Assembly (NCBI GenBank): GCA_938075585.1
Contig: CALJHG010000026.1
Coordinates: 20,303 to 84,302 of the forward strand
DNA: 64,000 bases
Source: an uncultured Gammaproteobacteria bacterium
GTDB lineage: Bacteria; Pseudomonadota; Gammaproteobacteria; Ga0077536
Direction of reading: 5' to 3'
Notes under the pieces: model-generated
Told to the model about the DNA's origin: nothing
The model's input: the letters and a program-made list of their open reading frames with translations, nothing else
Databases searched by the model: none
Part shown: positions 44,906 through 55,583 of the stretch, piece after piece
How positions within the stretch are numbered: the stretch's first letter is position 1
How the letters are laid out: the number at the start of each line of letters is the position of its first letter
Position numbers and translations under genes: made by a program

Positions 44906-45800
44906 CGTTTTTCATCCAGTCATTGACGATAAATGAAGCTGTACGCTTTGCTTCGTTTAATTGAATTTTTTTGGGGCGATTCGTATTATTTGGCGACATG
45001 ACGAGTCCCGATGCGATTAAATCTTTGCTTATTTGTGTGACTCGTGACTCTCGCCGTTTAGGCACTGAAATAAGCCCAACTTCAGCATCAGTACTAAGAG
45101 CTTCATAGATCATAGATACGCTATCTTCCGAAACCCATATTTGTCGGCATCTCGGCAAATATCCCTGCAGCCAATTATCTTCGGTGGTATTAAATGGTCT
45201 GTAGAACGCTCTTAGTTGTGTGTGGTGTTTAAGCTTTATTGTTAGATCAGAGGGGGTGCGAGGGGAGTCAGTTATGCACCATGATATTTGTTGGTTCGAG
45301 CGTACAATGTCTGATATTTGCGCTATAAATTTCTCATTGTCCCAGTTATAGTGTTTGGAAGGTCCGCCGATAAGAATAATCCCCCTCAGCGAGTGTGTCG
45401 CACCAACTGGGCTTAGATTATTCAGAACGCCTATAGTGTGAAAAATTTTTTTCGAGTATGCAGGTAGGTCATGCTGTGGTATTACGCACAGGTCAAAAAA
45501 CATAGTTGGCCAAGATGGTTTCATTAAGCAAACGGTGGCGCCACCAAAACAGCGTTTCGCCACTAAAAGACCTAATTGACTTTTACGTCCTGCGCCTACT
45601 AAAAGGTTGGGCAACGGAAGTCCCTCCCCAGCAGGAAATCTTTTTATAATAAGGTCTATAAGCCGGACATTGATTATATCGATAAGGTAGCTTTCAGATG
45701 GTGTAAGCTCTTTAATTGCGTTTACTAATCCCAGCGACTGGCTTTGATGCCCACGCTTTTTATCAGTTAACAGCCAGATAATAAGCGGTTTTTCTTGCAT
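44898..45800 (-). CDS. ELM1/DUF1022-like protein (predicted nucleotide-sugar-dependent transferase family found in LPS core loci)
   Basis: 300 aa; the N-terminus LIIWLLTDKKRGHQSQSLGL resembles the ELM1-family start. It is assigned mainly by family resemblance and context. Confidence 0.45.
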   Translation of the reverse strand: MQEKPLIIWLLTDKKRGHQSQSLGLVNAIKELTPSESYLIDIINVRLIDLIIKRFPAGEGLPLPNLLVGAGRKSQLGLLVAKRCFGGATVCLMKPSWPTMFFDLCVIPQHDLPAYSKKIFHTIGVLNNLSPVGATHSLRGIILIGGPSKHYNWDNEKFIAQISDIVRSNQQISWCITDSPRTPSDLTIKLKHHTQLRAFYRPFNTTEDNWLQGYLPRCRQIWVSEDSVSMIYEALSTDAEVGLISVPKRRESRVTQISKDLIASGLVMSPNNTNRPKKIQLNEAKRTASFIVNDWMKNDV

Positions 45801-45812
45801 TGTACCTTGTTA

Positions 45813-46733
45813 CTATACAAAAGTTAGCCAGTCCGAAGGACATTTTTTATTGCCTTTTACTAGGTCAAGGTAGGCATTTTGCAACACTTTGGTGATTGGC
45901 CCTCGCGACCCGGAACCTATAACTCTGTTATCGAGTTCGCGTATTGGTGTTACCTCTGCCGCTGTTCCGGTGAAAAAAGCTTCGTCAGCGATGTAGACCT
46001 CATCGCGCGTAATTCTTTTCTCCACCACTTCGTAACCTTCTTGTTCGGCCAAAGTTATAACTGTCGAACGGGTGATCCCTTCTAAGGAGGAAGCTATTTG
46101 AGGAGTAAATATTTTACCATTGCGCACTATAAATATGTTCTCGCCCGATCCCTCAGCTACCATTCCCTCATTATCGAGCAGTAGCGCTTCATCGTATCCA
46201 TCCCGAGCGGCTTCTTGTAAAGCTAAGATTGAATTGAGGTAATTCCCGGTTGCTTTTGCGCGGCACATTACACTATTGACTAGGTGTCTTGTATAAGATG
46301 AAGTCTTAATCCGAATGCCTTTTTCTAATGCATCTTCGCCGAGATAGGCCCCCCAGTACCATGTGGCTATTGCGACATGAACTGATAATTCGTGGGCGTG
46401 CAGTCCCATACCTTCCGAACCATAATAGACCAAGGGCCGTACATAAGCGGAGTCAAGTTTATTTAATTTAATCGCTTCTAAACAAGCATTTTCAATGACA
46501 TCCCTGGTGTAAGGAATTTGCATCTCTAGTATGTGCGCAGTTTCGAATAGTCTTTTTATATGTTGTTTGAGTTGAAAAACTGCCGTTCCGTGTTTTGTCT
46601 CATAAGCTCTAATACCTTCAAAAGCGCCCACCCCATAATGAAGGGAGTGGGTTAGGATATGAACATTAGCATCTCTCCAAGGCACCATTTCGCCGTCCAT
46701 CCATATAACTCCGTCTCGGTCCGCATAATCCAT
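45813..46733 (-). CDS. ilvE: branched-chain amino acid aminotransferase
   Basis: 306 aa, class IV PLP fold. Confidence 0.9.
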   Translation of the reverse strand: MDYADRDGVIWMDGEMVPWRDANVHILTHSLHYGVGAFEGIRAYETKHGTAVFQLKQHIKRLFETAHILEMQIPYTRDVIENACLEAIKLNKLDSAYVRPLVYYGSEGMGLHAHELSVHVAIATWYWGAYLGEDALEKGIRIKTSSYTRHLVNSVMCRAKATGNYLNSILALQEAARDGYDEALLLDNEGMVAEGSGENIFIVRNGKIFTPQIASSLEGITRSTVITLAEQEGYEVVEKRITRDEVYIADEAFFTGTAAEVTPIRELDNRVIGSGSRGPITKVLQNAYLDLVKGNKKCPSDWLTFV

Positions 46734-46951
46734 TCTCTGAAACTCCTACTTATCTCATTTGACTTCAATGCTTGGACCTACAAAAAACGAACATTTTTTT
46801 GCCAAGCTGACTGTTGTTGAGGCGTATTGCACCATAGTTTGCTCGAGAGTAACACTGCGTCAACGACATAACTTGATTTTCTGATATAACATTAGCTGAA
46901 TGCTCTGTATTTTTACCACGCGGCGACGGTCAAGCGAAGGAAGATTTTTAA

Positions 46952-48103
46952 ATGACTTTATTAAGTAAATTGCCCGATGTGGGAACTACAATTTTTTCTG
47001 TGATGTCAAAAATGGCGAGTGACTTTAGCGCAATAAATCTGTCTCAAGGATATCCAGACTACGATCCTCCCGAGGAGCTAAAAGAGCGACTCACCTGGTA
47101 CATCAACAATGGGTTTAATCAATATGCCCCTATGACGGGTGTCTACGCTCTTAGGGAGCAATGTGCAAATAAAGCTAAGACTTTTTATGGCTGCTCTATT
47201 AATCCAGACACTGAGGTCACAATTACACCAGGGGCGACGGAAGCGATTTTCTGCGCTGTTAACGCGGTTGTTCATACGGGCGACGAAGTTTTAATTTTCG
47301 ATCCCGCTTACGACTGCTATGACCCAGCGGTAAAGCTGGCCGGAGGAATACCAGTTCATATTGACCTAACACATAGTGATTACTCAATAGACTGGTCAGA
47401 GGTGTCGCTTAAAATTTCTAAGCGGACCCGAATGATCATTATAAATTCTCCGCATAATCCCTCAGGGTCGGTACTCGGTGAGAACGATATAGCAGAACTG
47501 AGGAAGCTCGCGCTAAAACATGATTTATTTGTTTTATCTGACGAGGTTTACGAACACTTTGTGTTTGATGGGGCGCAGCATTTTAGTATTTTACGTGACC
47601 CTGAATTGGCGAAACGGTCTTTTGTTGTGTTTTCTTTTGGTAAAACATATCATGCGACCGGTTGGAAAATGGGCTATGTAGTGGCCCCTGAGGCTCTCTC
47701 AAAACAATTACGCGCAGTCCATCAATTTGTTACATTTGTCGCGTTTACGCCCGCTCAGTACGCACTGGCTGACTTTATGCAAAGTTCACCGGAACATCTT
47801 ACTCAATTGCCAATTTTTTACGAGCGTAAACGAGATTTGCTTTGCACCAGTATGTCGGCATCCCGTTTTTCTTTTAAGCCGAGTGCGGGGAGTTTTTTTC
47901 AGGTAATGGATTATTCTGCCATCTCTCATAAAGATGATATGGAGTTCTGTGAGTGGTTAACCACTTCAATAGGGGTTGCTGCTATTCCTATGTCGGTATT
48001 TTATAAAAACAAGAACCTTTCAAAGCGACATCAGGTACGTTTTTGCTTTTGTAAGGAAGATAGGACGATTCTGGAGGCAGCAAAAAAATTAACTGACATT
48101 TAG
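46952..48103 (+). CDS. PLP-dependent aminotransferase, YbdL-like (methionine aminotransferase family)
   Basis: 383 aa; class I aminotransferase with SFGKTYHATGWKMGY lysine region. Confidence 0.75.
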   Translation: MTLLSKLPDVGTTIFSVMSKMASDFSAINLSQGYPDYDPPEELKERLTWYINNGFNQYAPMTGVYALREQCANKAKTFYGCSINPDTEVTITPGATEAIFCAVNAVVHTGDEVLIFDPAYDCYDPAVKLAGGIPVHIDLTHSDYSIDWSEVSLKISKRTRMIIINSPHNPSGSVLGENDIAELRKLALKHDLFVLSDEVYEHFVFDGAQHFSILRDPELAKRSFVVFSFGKTYHATGWKMGYVVAPEALSKQLRAVHQFVTFVAFTPAQYALADFMQSSPEHLTQLPIFYERKRDLLCTSMSASRFSFKPSAGSFFQVMDYSAISHKDDMEFCEWLTTSIGVAAIPMSVFYKNKNLSKRHQVRFCFCKEDRTILEAAKKLTDI

Positions 48104-48114
48104 CGAAACTATTT

Positions 48115-48549
48115 TCAGTCTTCGTCGATGGTGTAGCGCCCTTCAATAGTCCTAGCGTCTTCATTAGTGCCAGATTTTCTGACGGTTGGGTTTTTCGACG
48201 TTGGCAAAAAATATGCGCAAATAGCTTGTCTTATCATTGGTATTAACGCAAGAAACCCCACTATGTCGGTAATAAAGCCTGGTGTGATAAGTAAAATAGC
48301 GCAAAAAAGGAGTATGAGTGCCTCCATGCTTTCTAGTGTTGGCACGACCTGATGTCTTAAGGCGTCATTAATCCGACTAGCAACATCGCGCCCCTGTTGT
48401 TTTAACAGATAGAGCCCAAGTACTGCAGTAAAAATAGCCAGTGCGATGGTCGAAAGAGCTCCGATGCTTCTTCCCACTTCGATAAGAACAAAAAGTTCTC
48501 CTAAAGGGATAACTATTAAGATAAAAAGCACTAATAGTAGCGGGTTCAT
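48115..48549 (-). CDS. fxsA: FxsA family membrane protein
   Basis: 144 aa; the N-terminus LLLVLFILIVIPLGELFVLIEVG is characteristic of FxsA. Confidence 0.8.
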   Translation of the reverse strand: MNPLLLVLFILIVIPLGELFVLIEVGRSIGALSTIALAIFTAVLGLYLLKQQGRDVASRINDALRHQVVPTLESMEALILLFCAILLITPGFITDIVGFLALIPMIRQAICAYFLPTSKNPTVRKSGTNEDARTIEGRYTIDED

Positions 48550-48654
48550 CCGTTAAGTTTATACTATGCGCCAGTAGATAAATAATTTGTTACGAAAATT
48601 AATCGAATTAGTTGTCTTTTTAAAGCTAGGTGGTGCTAAGAACCAACAAAAAAG

Positions 48655-50421
48655 ATGTTAAAAGCAATTACAACCTTAATATTACTCTTCGGACTTACTT
48701 CAGAGATGCTTGGTGAACCGATCTCTATTTCGTCGGTGCTTCAATCACAGAAGCAACAATTTTTGCATCCAGATGAAGCATTTTTAGTGCAGTCAGGTTT
48801 TGTCAAAAAAAACCAGATAGAAATCAGTTTCCAGATTGCCGAAGGATATTATTTATATAAGTCAAAGATCTTTCTGACAACTGAAAATATAAATCCTAAA
48901 AAAATATACCCGCGCTTGCCGGCTGGTGAAATTAAGAATGATCCGACGTTTGGCGAAGTAGAGATTTATCGTTCTGATGTGATATTGCGAACCGACCCGT
49001 TGGCTATTGATGAAGTTCGAGATAAGACGCTAATTTTATCATACCAAGGCTGTGCTGAAGATGGGATCTGTTATCCTCCACAGACTAAATCTATAGCTTT
49101 CCGAGAGTTGAGCCAGGAACCTGTTTCCGAAACACTGAGTATCTTAGAGCGAGTAAAAGGACAAAACAGCTTTTTTCTTCTACTTATATTTTTCAGCTTC
49201 GGTGTCTTATTATCTTTAACTCCCTGCGTACTTCCGATGTTGCCCATACTGTCTGGGTTGCTAGTGGGACAAACAGGAAAAAATCAAAAAAATAATCAGA
49301 TAAAACTATCTATAACCTATGTTTTAGGAATGGCAAGTACTTACTCTCTCCTAGGCTTGTTTGTTAGCTTAGCAGGTTATCGATTGCAGGTACTTTTTCA
49401 AAGCCCTTGGATAGTATTGTGCTTTGCGGGATTATTTTTTGTATTTGGATCTGCGATGTTTGGAGTAGTTTCTATTCAGATCCCCGCAGCACTAAGTCGA
49501 CGCCTCGACAGTATCAGTCGCCACCAAAAAGGCGGAACTTATTCCGGAGTGTTCGTAATGGGGATGTTGTCTGCGCTTATAGTTGGGCCTTGCGTTGCTC
49601 CGCCTTTAGCAGCAGCGCTTACTTTAGTTAGTCAGGCGGATTCTTTGATTGTGGGGGCAGCATCACTTTTTTTTATGGGTGTTGGGATGGGAGTGCCTTT
49701 GATCGCATTGGGAGCTTCGGCATCTTACATTCTACCTAAAGCTGGTCCTTGGATGCGTCAAATTAATGAATTGTTTGGGATAGTATTTTTTGGGGTTGGT
49801 ATTTGGTTTTTGGGGCGCATTGTTTCGCCTGTTTTCGTATTTAGTCTTTGGGCTATTCTTGGCTTAGTGTTTTTATATTGGGTCATGTTACGTGCTGGGC
49901 TCATTTCCAAAATAGCTTCGTCTGAGGTTAATAAATGGGTCATATTTGTCTTAGTGTGTTCACCTATCGCGATATTATATCTTTGGCTAGTTAACACAGA
50001 CGGTTTGGGCGGCACTAACCCTCAATCTGAAAGTGAAAATGGTAGGTTTCAATTCTCAGAAAATTACCTATTAGTATCCGATGTTGACGATTTAAAGCAG
50101 AAGTTATCAGCAATTCAGGATGATAGAATCGCTATGTTAGAACTTTATGCAGACTGGTGTATAGAATGTATCAGGTTGGAAAAGAATGTTCTGTCTCATC
50201 CGGACGTGTTAACAAGATTGTCCAATGTCGAGCTTTTGAGAATTGATTTGACGAAAAATACCCCAGAAAATCAGTTATTTTTGGAGGAGTTTGGTTTATT
50301 CGGGCCACCAGCGTTGCTATTTTTTTCGCGAGGTCTGGAAGATACCCGGGCTAGAATCGTTGGGTACACGGAAAAAGGAAGAATAATACAAGCTATTGAT
50401 TATATGGAGATAAATAAGTGA
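48655..50421 (+). CDS. dsbD: thiol:disulfide interchange protein DsbD
   Basis: 588 aa; N-terminal domain, TM core with a CVLP motif, and a C-terminal thioredoxin domain with WCIEC. Confidence 0.9.
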   Translation: MLKAITTLILLFGLTSEMLGEPISISSVLQSQKQQFLHPDEAFLVQSGFVKKNQIEISFQIAEGYYLYKSKIFLTTENINPKKIYPRLPAGEIKNDPTFGEVEIYRSDVILRTDPLAIDEVRDKTLILSYQGCAEDGICYPPQTKSIAFRELSQEPVSETLSILERVKGQNSFFLLLIFFSFGVLLSLTPCVLPMLPILSGLLVGQTGKNQKNNQIKLSITYVLGMASTYSLLGLFVSLAGYRLQVLFQSPWIVLCFAGLFFVFGSAMFGVVSIQIPAALSRRLDSISRHQKGGTYSGVFVMGMLSALIVGPCVAPPLAAALTLVSQADSLIVGAASLFFMGVGMGVPLIALGASASYILPKAGPWMRQINELFGIVFFGVGIWFLGRIVSPVFVFSLWAILGLVFLYWVMLRAGLISKIASSEVNKWVIFVLVCSPIAILYLWLVNTDGLGGTNPQSESENGRFQFSENYLLVSDVDDLKQKLSAIQDDRIAMLELYADWCIECIRLEKNVLSHPDVLTRLSNVELLRIDLTKNTPENQLFLEEFGLFGPPALLFFSRGLEDTRARIVGYTEKGRIIQAIDYMEINK

Positions 50422-50981
50422 GAATTTTGCGTTTGCTTCTCCTTTTAGGTTTAGTTCTTATTGCTGGTACGTCGGGATTTTTATTTCATAAGGCGCAATT
50501 ATCCTCAACTGTCCAAGTTAGTGGCGCGAGTCAACCACGTGATACGTTTCCTGTAAATCCAGTGGATTGGACCTTTTCAGATACCGGAGGCAAAGAGCGT
50601 TCGATTAGTGATTGGGCGCCGCGATTACTGGTAGTGAATTTTTGGGCAACATGGTGCCCTCCCTGCGTAACAGAGATACCGGGATTTGTAAGAATACAGA
50701 AGGCCCTCGACACTCGCGATGTGCAGTTTTTAGGAATCGCCTTGGATAGCGCCACTGCTGTTCTTGATTTCAGCCAATCTAATCGAGTTAATTATCCTTT
50801 TTTGGTCGGAGATGATGATGTCATTGCGTACATGCAACTACTTGGCAATGATATCGGAGCTTTGCCTTATACAGTTGTGCTGTCCAATAAGGGACAAGTT
50901 TTGCACTCGCATAAAGGGGAGTGGGAAGAAGCCTCTGCCAAAGCAACTATAGATAAATTACTGTTAAAACACGGCAATTAG
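50418..50981 (+). CDS. TlpA/ResA-like periplasmic thioredoxin-family thiol-disulfide oxidoreductase
   Basis: 187 aa; FWATWCPPC; signal anchor; 4-nt overlap with dsbD. Confidence 0.8.
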   Translation: MRILRLLLLLGLVLIAGTSGFLFHKAQLSSTVQVSGASQPRDTFPVNPVDWTFSDTGGKERSISDWAPRLLVVNFWATWCPPCVTEIPGFVRIQKALDTRDVQFLGIALDSATAVLDFSQSNRVNYPFLVGDDDVIAYMQLLGNDIGALPYTVVLSNKGQVLHSHKGEWEEASAKATIDKLLLKHGN

Positions 50982-51078
50982 GGCCGAACTATCGATAAAA
51001 TCGTTAAACATGTTCTGCTGACCTCAGTTGTGTTATTATTGTTTTAAATATGACTTGCGACGGTCTAGGAGGTAAATT

Positions 51079-51531
51079 TTGCCTAAGTTGCTTTTTTTGA
51101 ATGGACCAAACTTGAACCTACTAGGTAAGCGTGAACCTGAGATATATGGAAATTTTTCATTAGATGAATTAGAGGGGACTCTCACTAGTAAGATTTCGAA
51201 AATGAATTGCGAAGTTTCTTGGTACCAGAGTAATGCTGAGGCTGAGCTAGTTGACAAGATCCATGCGTCTGCGACCGACGGGGTTGATTTTGTCGTGATT
51301 AATCCCGGCGCATTTACCCATACAAGTATTGCATTACGAGACGCCTTTTTAGGAACGAGTATGCCATTCATTGAGGTACATATTTCAAACGTCTACAGTC
51401 GAGAAACTTTTAGACATAAGTCATATTTGTCAGATGTCGCAGTGGGTGTGATATCAGGAGTAGGGATAATTGGGTACGAGCTAGGAGCGATTGCCGCCCT
51501 AAATTGGCTTTCGTTAAAAAAAAATAATTAG
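51079..51531 (+). CDS. aroQ: type II 3-dehydroquinate dehydratase
   Basis: 150 aa; LNGPNLNLLGKREPEIYG. Confidence 0.9.
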   Translation: MPKLLFLNGPNLNLLGKREPEIYGNFSLDELEGTLTSKISKMNCEVSWYQSNAEAELVDKIHASATDGVDFVVINPGAFTHTSIALRDAFLGTSMPFIEVHISNVYSRETFRHKSYLSDVAVGVISGVGIIGYELGAIAALNWLSLKKNN

Positions 51532-51569
51532 TAAAAGTCTTTGTATAACTAGGTTAAAGCGAGGTCTAA

Positions 51570-52013
51570 GTGGATATTAGGAAAGTAAAGAAACTGATAG
51601 AATTATTGGAAGAGTCTGGGATGGCTGAAATTGAGATCCACGAAGGAGAGGAGTCAGTAAGGATTAGTCGCGGTCAGGCTCCATCAATCCAAGCGCCCAT
51701 TCCTCTTCCCGCCGCCGTTCAGCCAATTAGTCAGCATGTTGAAGAGCAAACTTTAGAGGAAGAGAGACCGTTAGTTGATGGCAAACAGATCACATCGCCA
51801 ATGGTTGGGACGTTTTATGCGGCCGCATCTCCCGAGTCGTCGGCTTTTGTGAAGTTAGGTGACCAAATCAGTGTCGGTGACACTCTGTGCATTATCGAGG
51901 CGATGAAGATTATGAATCCGATTGAAGCGGAAATAGGGGGTACTGTTTCTGCTATTTTGGTAGATAACGCGTCTCCTGTAGAGTTCGGTCAGCCATTGTT
52001 TGTGATTTCTTAG
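51570..52013 (+). CDS. accB: acetyl-CoA carboxylase biotin carboxyl carrier protein
   Basis: 147 aa; biotinylation motif EAMKIMN. Confidence 0.9.
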   Translation: MDIRKVKKLIELLEESGMAEIEIHEGEESVRISRGQAPSIQAPIPLPAAVQPISQHVEEQTLEEERPLVDGKQITSPMVGTFYAAASPESSAFVKLGDQISVGDTLCIIEAMKIMNPIEAEIGGTVSAILVDNASPVEFGQPLFVIS

Positions 52014-52024
52014 GCGGTATAGAA

Positions 52025-53368
52025 ATGTTTGATAAGATAGTTATCGCTAACCGCGGCGAAATAGCGCTTAGAATTCTCCGAGCATGTCGTGATTTAGGGG
52101 TTAAAACGGTTGCGATTCATTCCGAAGTGGATAGGGATTTGCAGCATGTAAAGTTAGCCGACGAGTCGGTTTGCATAGGTCCAGCCCAGCCCGGAGAAAG
52201 TTATCTAAATATTCCTGCAGTGATAGCCGCTGCGGAAGTGGCTTCTGCAGATGCAATACATCCTGGTTACGGGTTCTTGTCTGAAAACGCGGACTTTGCG
52301 GAACAGGTTGAGAAAAGTGGTTTTGTTTTTATTGGTCCGAAGGCCGAAACAATGCGCGTGATGGGTGATAAGCTTTCCGCCATTGCTGCCATGAAAGACG
52401 CGGGCGTCCCTTGTGTTCCAGGCTCTGATTATGCGCTTGGGGAAGATACTGCTGCTAATTTAGCGCTTGGAAGAGAGATAGGATATCCCTTGATGATAAA
52501 GGCATCTGGCGGCGGCGGTGGTCGCGGGATGCGTCCAGTTTTTGAGGAAAAATCTTTGCTTGAATCGATTGAGTTAACACGTGGTGAGGCCGCTGCAGCT
52601 TTTAATAATGATAGCGTGTATCTAGAAAAGTATCTCGAATATCCTAGGCACATAGAGATACAAGTGTTAGCTGATAATTTCGGGAACGTGATCCATCTTG
52701 GTGAGAGAGATTGTTCTATGCAGAGACGTAATCAAAAGGTTATCGAGGAGGCGCCCGCACCTGGTATAGACGAAGATGTGCGAAATAATCTTGGTGAACT
52801 TTGTGCGGAGGCTTGCCGCCGAATTGATTACAGAGGAGCCGGCACTTTTGAGTTTCTTTATGAAAAAGGAAATTTTTATTTTATTGAGATGAATACCAGA
52901 ATACAGGTTGAGCATCCTGTGACCGAAATGATTACAGGTATAGATTTAGTTAAGCAACAGTTGTTAATTGCTTCTGGAGAAAAATTGGATCTGGAACAGG
53001 GTGACGTTAGCTTTGCCGGGCATGCGATTGAGTGCAGAATTAATGCCGAAGACCCCTACTCGTTTTTGCCTTCCCCTGGTTTAATAAATTTTTATCATGC
53101 AGCTGGAGGTTTCGGTGTGCGCGTCGATTCCCATGTATATACTGGTTATCACGTCCCCGCTAATTATGATTCTCTCTTAGGAAAATTAATTTGCCATGGA
53201 AAGACTCGGGATGAAGCGATGACAAAAATAGAGAACGCGCTTACCGAATGTGTTTTTGAGGGGATTAAAACTAATATACCCCTACATCAGGACTTGGTCG
53301 GGAACAATGATTTTCGCGCTGGGGGTACTGATATACATTATTTAGAGCGCTTATTGGATCAGAAATAA
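52025..53368 (+). CDS. accC: acetyl-CoA carboxylase biotin carboxylase subunit
   Basis: 447 aa ATP-grasp; canonical AccC sequence. Confidence 0.95.
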   Translation: MFDKIVIANRGEIALRILRACRDLGVKTVAIHSEVDRDLQHVKLADESVCIGPAQPGESYLNIPAVIAAAEVASADAIHPGYGFLSENADFAEQVEKSGFVFIGPKAETMRVMGDKLSAIAAMKDAGVPCVPGSDYALGEDTAANLALGREIGYPLMIKASGGGGGRGMRPVFEEKSLLESIELTRGEAAAAFNNDSVYLEKYLEYPRHIEIQVLADNFGNVIHLGERDCSMQRRNQKVIEEAPAPGIDEDVRNNLGELCAEACRRIDYRGAGTFEFLYEKGNFYFIEMNTRIQVEHPVTEMITGIDLVKQQLLIASGEKLDLEQGDVSFAGHAIECRINAEDPYSFLPSPGLINFYHAAGGFGVRVDSHVYTGYHVPANYDSLLGKLICHGKTRDEAMTKIENALTECVFEGIKTNIPLHQDLVGNNDFRAGGTDIHYLERLLDQK

Positions 53369-53372
53369 TTTT

Positions 53373-54245
53373 ATGCATTCACTCAGTTTTGATATTGAAA
53401 CTGAGGAATTTCTGAGGATAGAAAAAGTACTTTTATTCTCTGGCGCTGTTTCGGTAACTCAAACTCTGGGGAATTGCGATGTATTTGATGAGCCTTCATC
53501 GTCTGAAATTACCAAGTGGTCAACATGTCGGATAATCGCTTTATTTAATACTCAACCGGAGAGTGATTTTGCACTGAGTCAGGTGAGCGAAACCTTCCAG
53601 GTCGGGCAGCTTAAACAGGATGAGTTATCTGATCCAGATTGGTCAAAAAGCTGGAGACAGGAATGGTTGCCGCGGACTTTTGCAGAAACTTTATGCATTT
53701 GCCCAAGCTGGTGTAGGCCTCCTGATAATGGTTCACATATAGTGATAATTGACCCCGGTCAAGCGTTTGGGACTGGTTCCCATGAAACAACGTCATTGTG
53801 TTTAACCTGGCTGGGTCAAAATTTAAGCTTGTTAGATGATGCGTACGTTATCGATTACGGTTCGGGCTCAGGAATTCTAGGTATTTCTGCGATTCGACTC
53901 GGAGCAAGATATGTGACCGGAGTGGAATTGGATACAGACGCTATAGTCGTTTCCCGCGATAATGCAATAGTTAATGGAGTCCAAAATAAAATAGCATTTT
54001 TCGATAGGGTGGCTTCCGAAGTAGAAAACGCGGCCGATATCTTAGTAGCTAACATCTTATTGAAACCGATATTAGAATTAGAGCCTACATTCCATAGGTT
54101 ACTTAAATCTGACGGAGTACTGTTACTTTCTGGAATATTGACTTCTCAGGTTGATCAGGTGGTTAGTGGATACTGCGAGCGATTTTCAATAGAGTTGGTA
54201 CAAACTGACGGTGATTGGGCGCTGCTACGAGCAACGCGTCTATAA
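53373..54245 (+). CDS. prmA: ribosomal protein L11 methyltransferase
   Basis: 290 aa; DPGQAFGTGSHETT and DYGSGSGIL motifs. Confidence 0.85.
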   Translation: MHSLSFDIETEEFLRIEKVLLFSGAVSVTQTLGNCDVFDEPSSSEITKWSTCRIIALFNTQPESDFALSQVSETFQVGQLKQDELSDPDWSKSWRQEWLPRTFAETLCICPSWCRPPDNGSHIVIIDPGQAFGTGSHETTSLCLTWLGQNLSLLDDAYVIDYGSGSGILGISAIRLGARYVTGVELDTDAIVVSRDNAIVNGVQNKIAFFDRVASEVENAADILVANILLKPILELEPTFHRLLKSDGVLLLSGILTSQVDQVVSGYCERFSIELVQTDGDWALLRATRL

Positions 54246-54360
54246 TAAAAATGCGGCACTTAAAGCACATGTTTTTAGCTTTTTAAGCTTTATACCGCTA
54301 GTCTTTGGCGTTATCATTTAAACGTTATAGCAAAATCATAAATCGGTTATCTCGTTTAAA

Positions 54361-55335
54361 ATGACTTCTTCTGACTACGTGCACAAAACAATTTCGTTAG
54401 CCCCGATGGCAGGGATTTCAGATCTTCCTTTTCGAACGATATGTCGGGAATTGGGTGCAGACTATGCCACTTCTGAAATGATAGCTTCGCGTACTGAGCT
54501 GTGGGGGTCGGTTAAAAGTAAGTCAAGGCTTTGCTTTCATGACGAGGTGTCACCCCGAGTTTTACAACTTGTTGGCTCTGAGCCTCAGACGATGGCTTTG
54601 GCCGCTAGTATGGCTGAGGTTAATGGCGCGGATGTGGTTGATATCAATATGGGCTGTCCAGCAAAAAAAGTCTGTGGTAAGGCGGCTGGGTCGGCGCTTC
54701 TAAGAGATGAAAATCTGGTCAGAAGAATTTTGGATGCAGTTGTTTCCGCCGTAGATATTCCGGTGACGTTAAAAATACGTACTGGGTGGGATGCCAGTTT
54801 TAAAAATGGTGTCACAATCGCTAGTATTGCTGAGAAGGCTGGGATAAGCAGTTTGGCGGTCCATGGTAGAACGAGAGCTTGTGGGTTTTCAGGCGTTGCT
54901 GAACACGGGACCGTGGCTCAAATTAAGACGATGTCAAATATTCGTATAGTAGGGAATGGAGATATTTTAGGCCTATCTAGTGCCAAGAAGATTTTTGATG
55001 AGACGGGGGTTGATGGAATCATGTTAGGTCGTGCTGCTCGGGGCAATCCTTGGATTTTTTCGGAGATTCGTTCTGGACTGGAGGGAAAAAATTGGAAACC
55101 TCCGACTGTATTTGAAAGACTGCAAGTTATGCTTCGTCACTTAAGCGCCATTCATGGCCACTATGGGTTGAATCGAGGCGTACGTATAGCACGGAAGCAT
55201 ATTGGGTGGTATCTTGAATTCTTTCCTGATGGCCAGATGGTTAAAAAAATGTTCAACACACTGTCTCTCGCTAGGGATCAGATTAAATTTTTAATGGACT
55301 ATGAAGAGTCATTTTATGTGGAAAAAAACGCGTGA
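54361..55335 (+). CDS. dusB: tRNA dihydrouridine synthase B
   Basis: 324 aa TIM-barrel flavoenzyme; LAPMAGISDLPFR; followed by fis with a 4-nt overlap. Confidence 0.9.
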   Translation: MTSSDYVHKTISLAPMAGISDLPFRTICRELGADYATSEMIASRTELWGSVKSKSRLCFHDEVSPRVLQLVGSEPQTMALAASMAEVNGADVVDINMGCPAKKVCGKAAGSALLRDENLVRRILDAVVSAVDIPVTLKIRTGWDASFKNGVTIASIAEKAGISSLAVHGRTRACGFSGVAEHGTVAQIKTMSNIRIVGNGDILGLSSAKKIFDETGVDGIMLGRAARGNPWIFSEIRSGLEGKNWKPPTVFERLQVMLRHLSAIHGHYGLNRGVRIARKHIGWYLEFFPDGQMVKKMFNTLSLARDQIKFLMDYEESFYVEKNA

Positions 55336-55583
55336 AACCTAACGAAGGCTCTCAACCTTTAGGAGAACTAGTAACCCTCGCTTTGGAGCAATATTTCGAA
55401 GACTTAAATGGCGAAATTGCGACCGATCTTTATGCGCTATTTTTGAAAGAAGTTGAAAAGCCCCTTCTGCAAGTGGTGCTGCGTGAGACTAACGGCAATT
55501 TATCGTTGGCTGCCAAAGTTTTGGGGATAAACCGAGGCACTCTTAGAACACGGTTAAATAAATATGGTTTAAAAAGTAAATGA
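55332..55583 (+). CDS. fis: DNA-binding protein Fis
   Basis: 83 aa; C-terminal [19 protein letters not shown]. Confidence 0.85.
   Translation: MKPNEGSQPLGELVTLALEQYFEDLNGEIATDLYALFLKEVEKPLLQVVLRETNGNLSLAAKVLGINRGTLRTRLNKYGLKSK

Noticed and set aside
54246-54300. AGCTT-TTT-AAGCT hairpin followed by TTTAT after prmA
   Set aside because: A 5-bp stem with a short loop is a marginal terminator candidate. It is plausible but not supportable without energy calculation.
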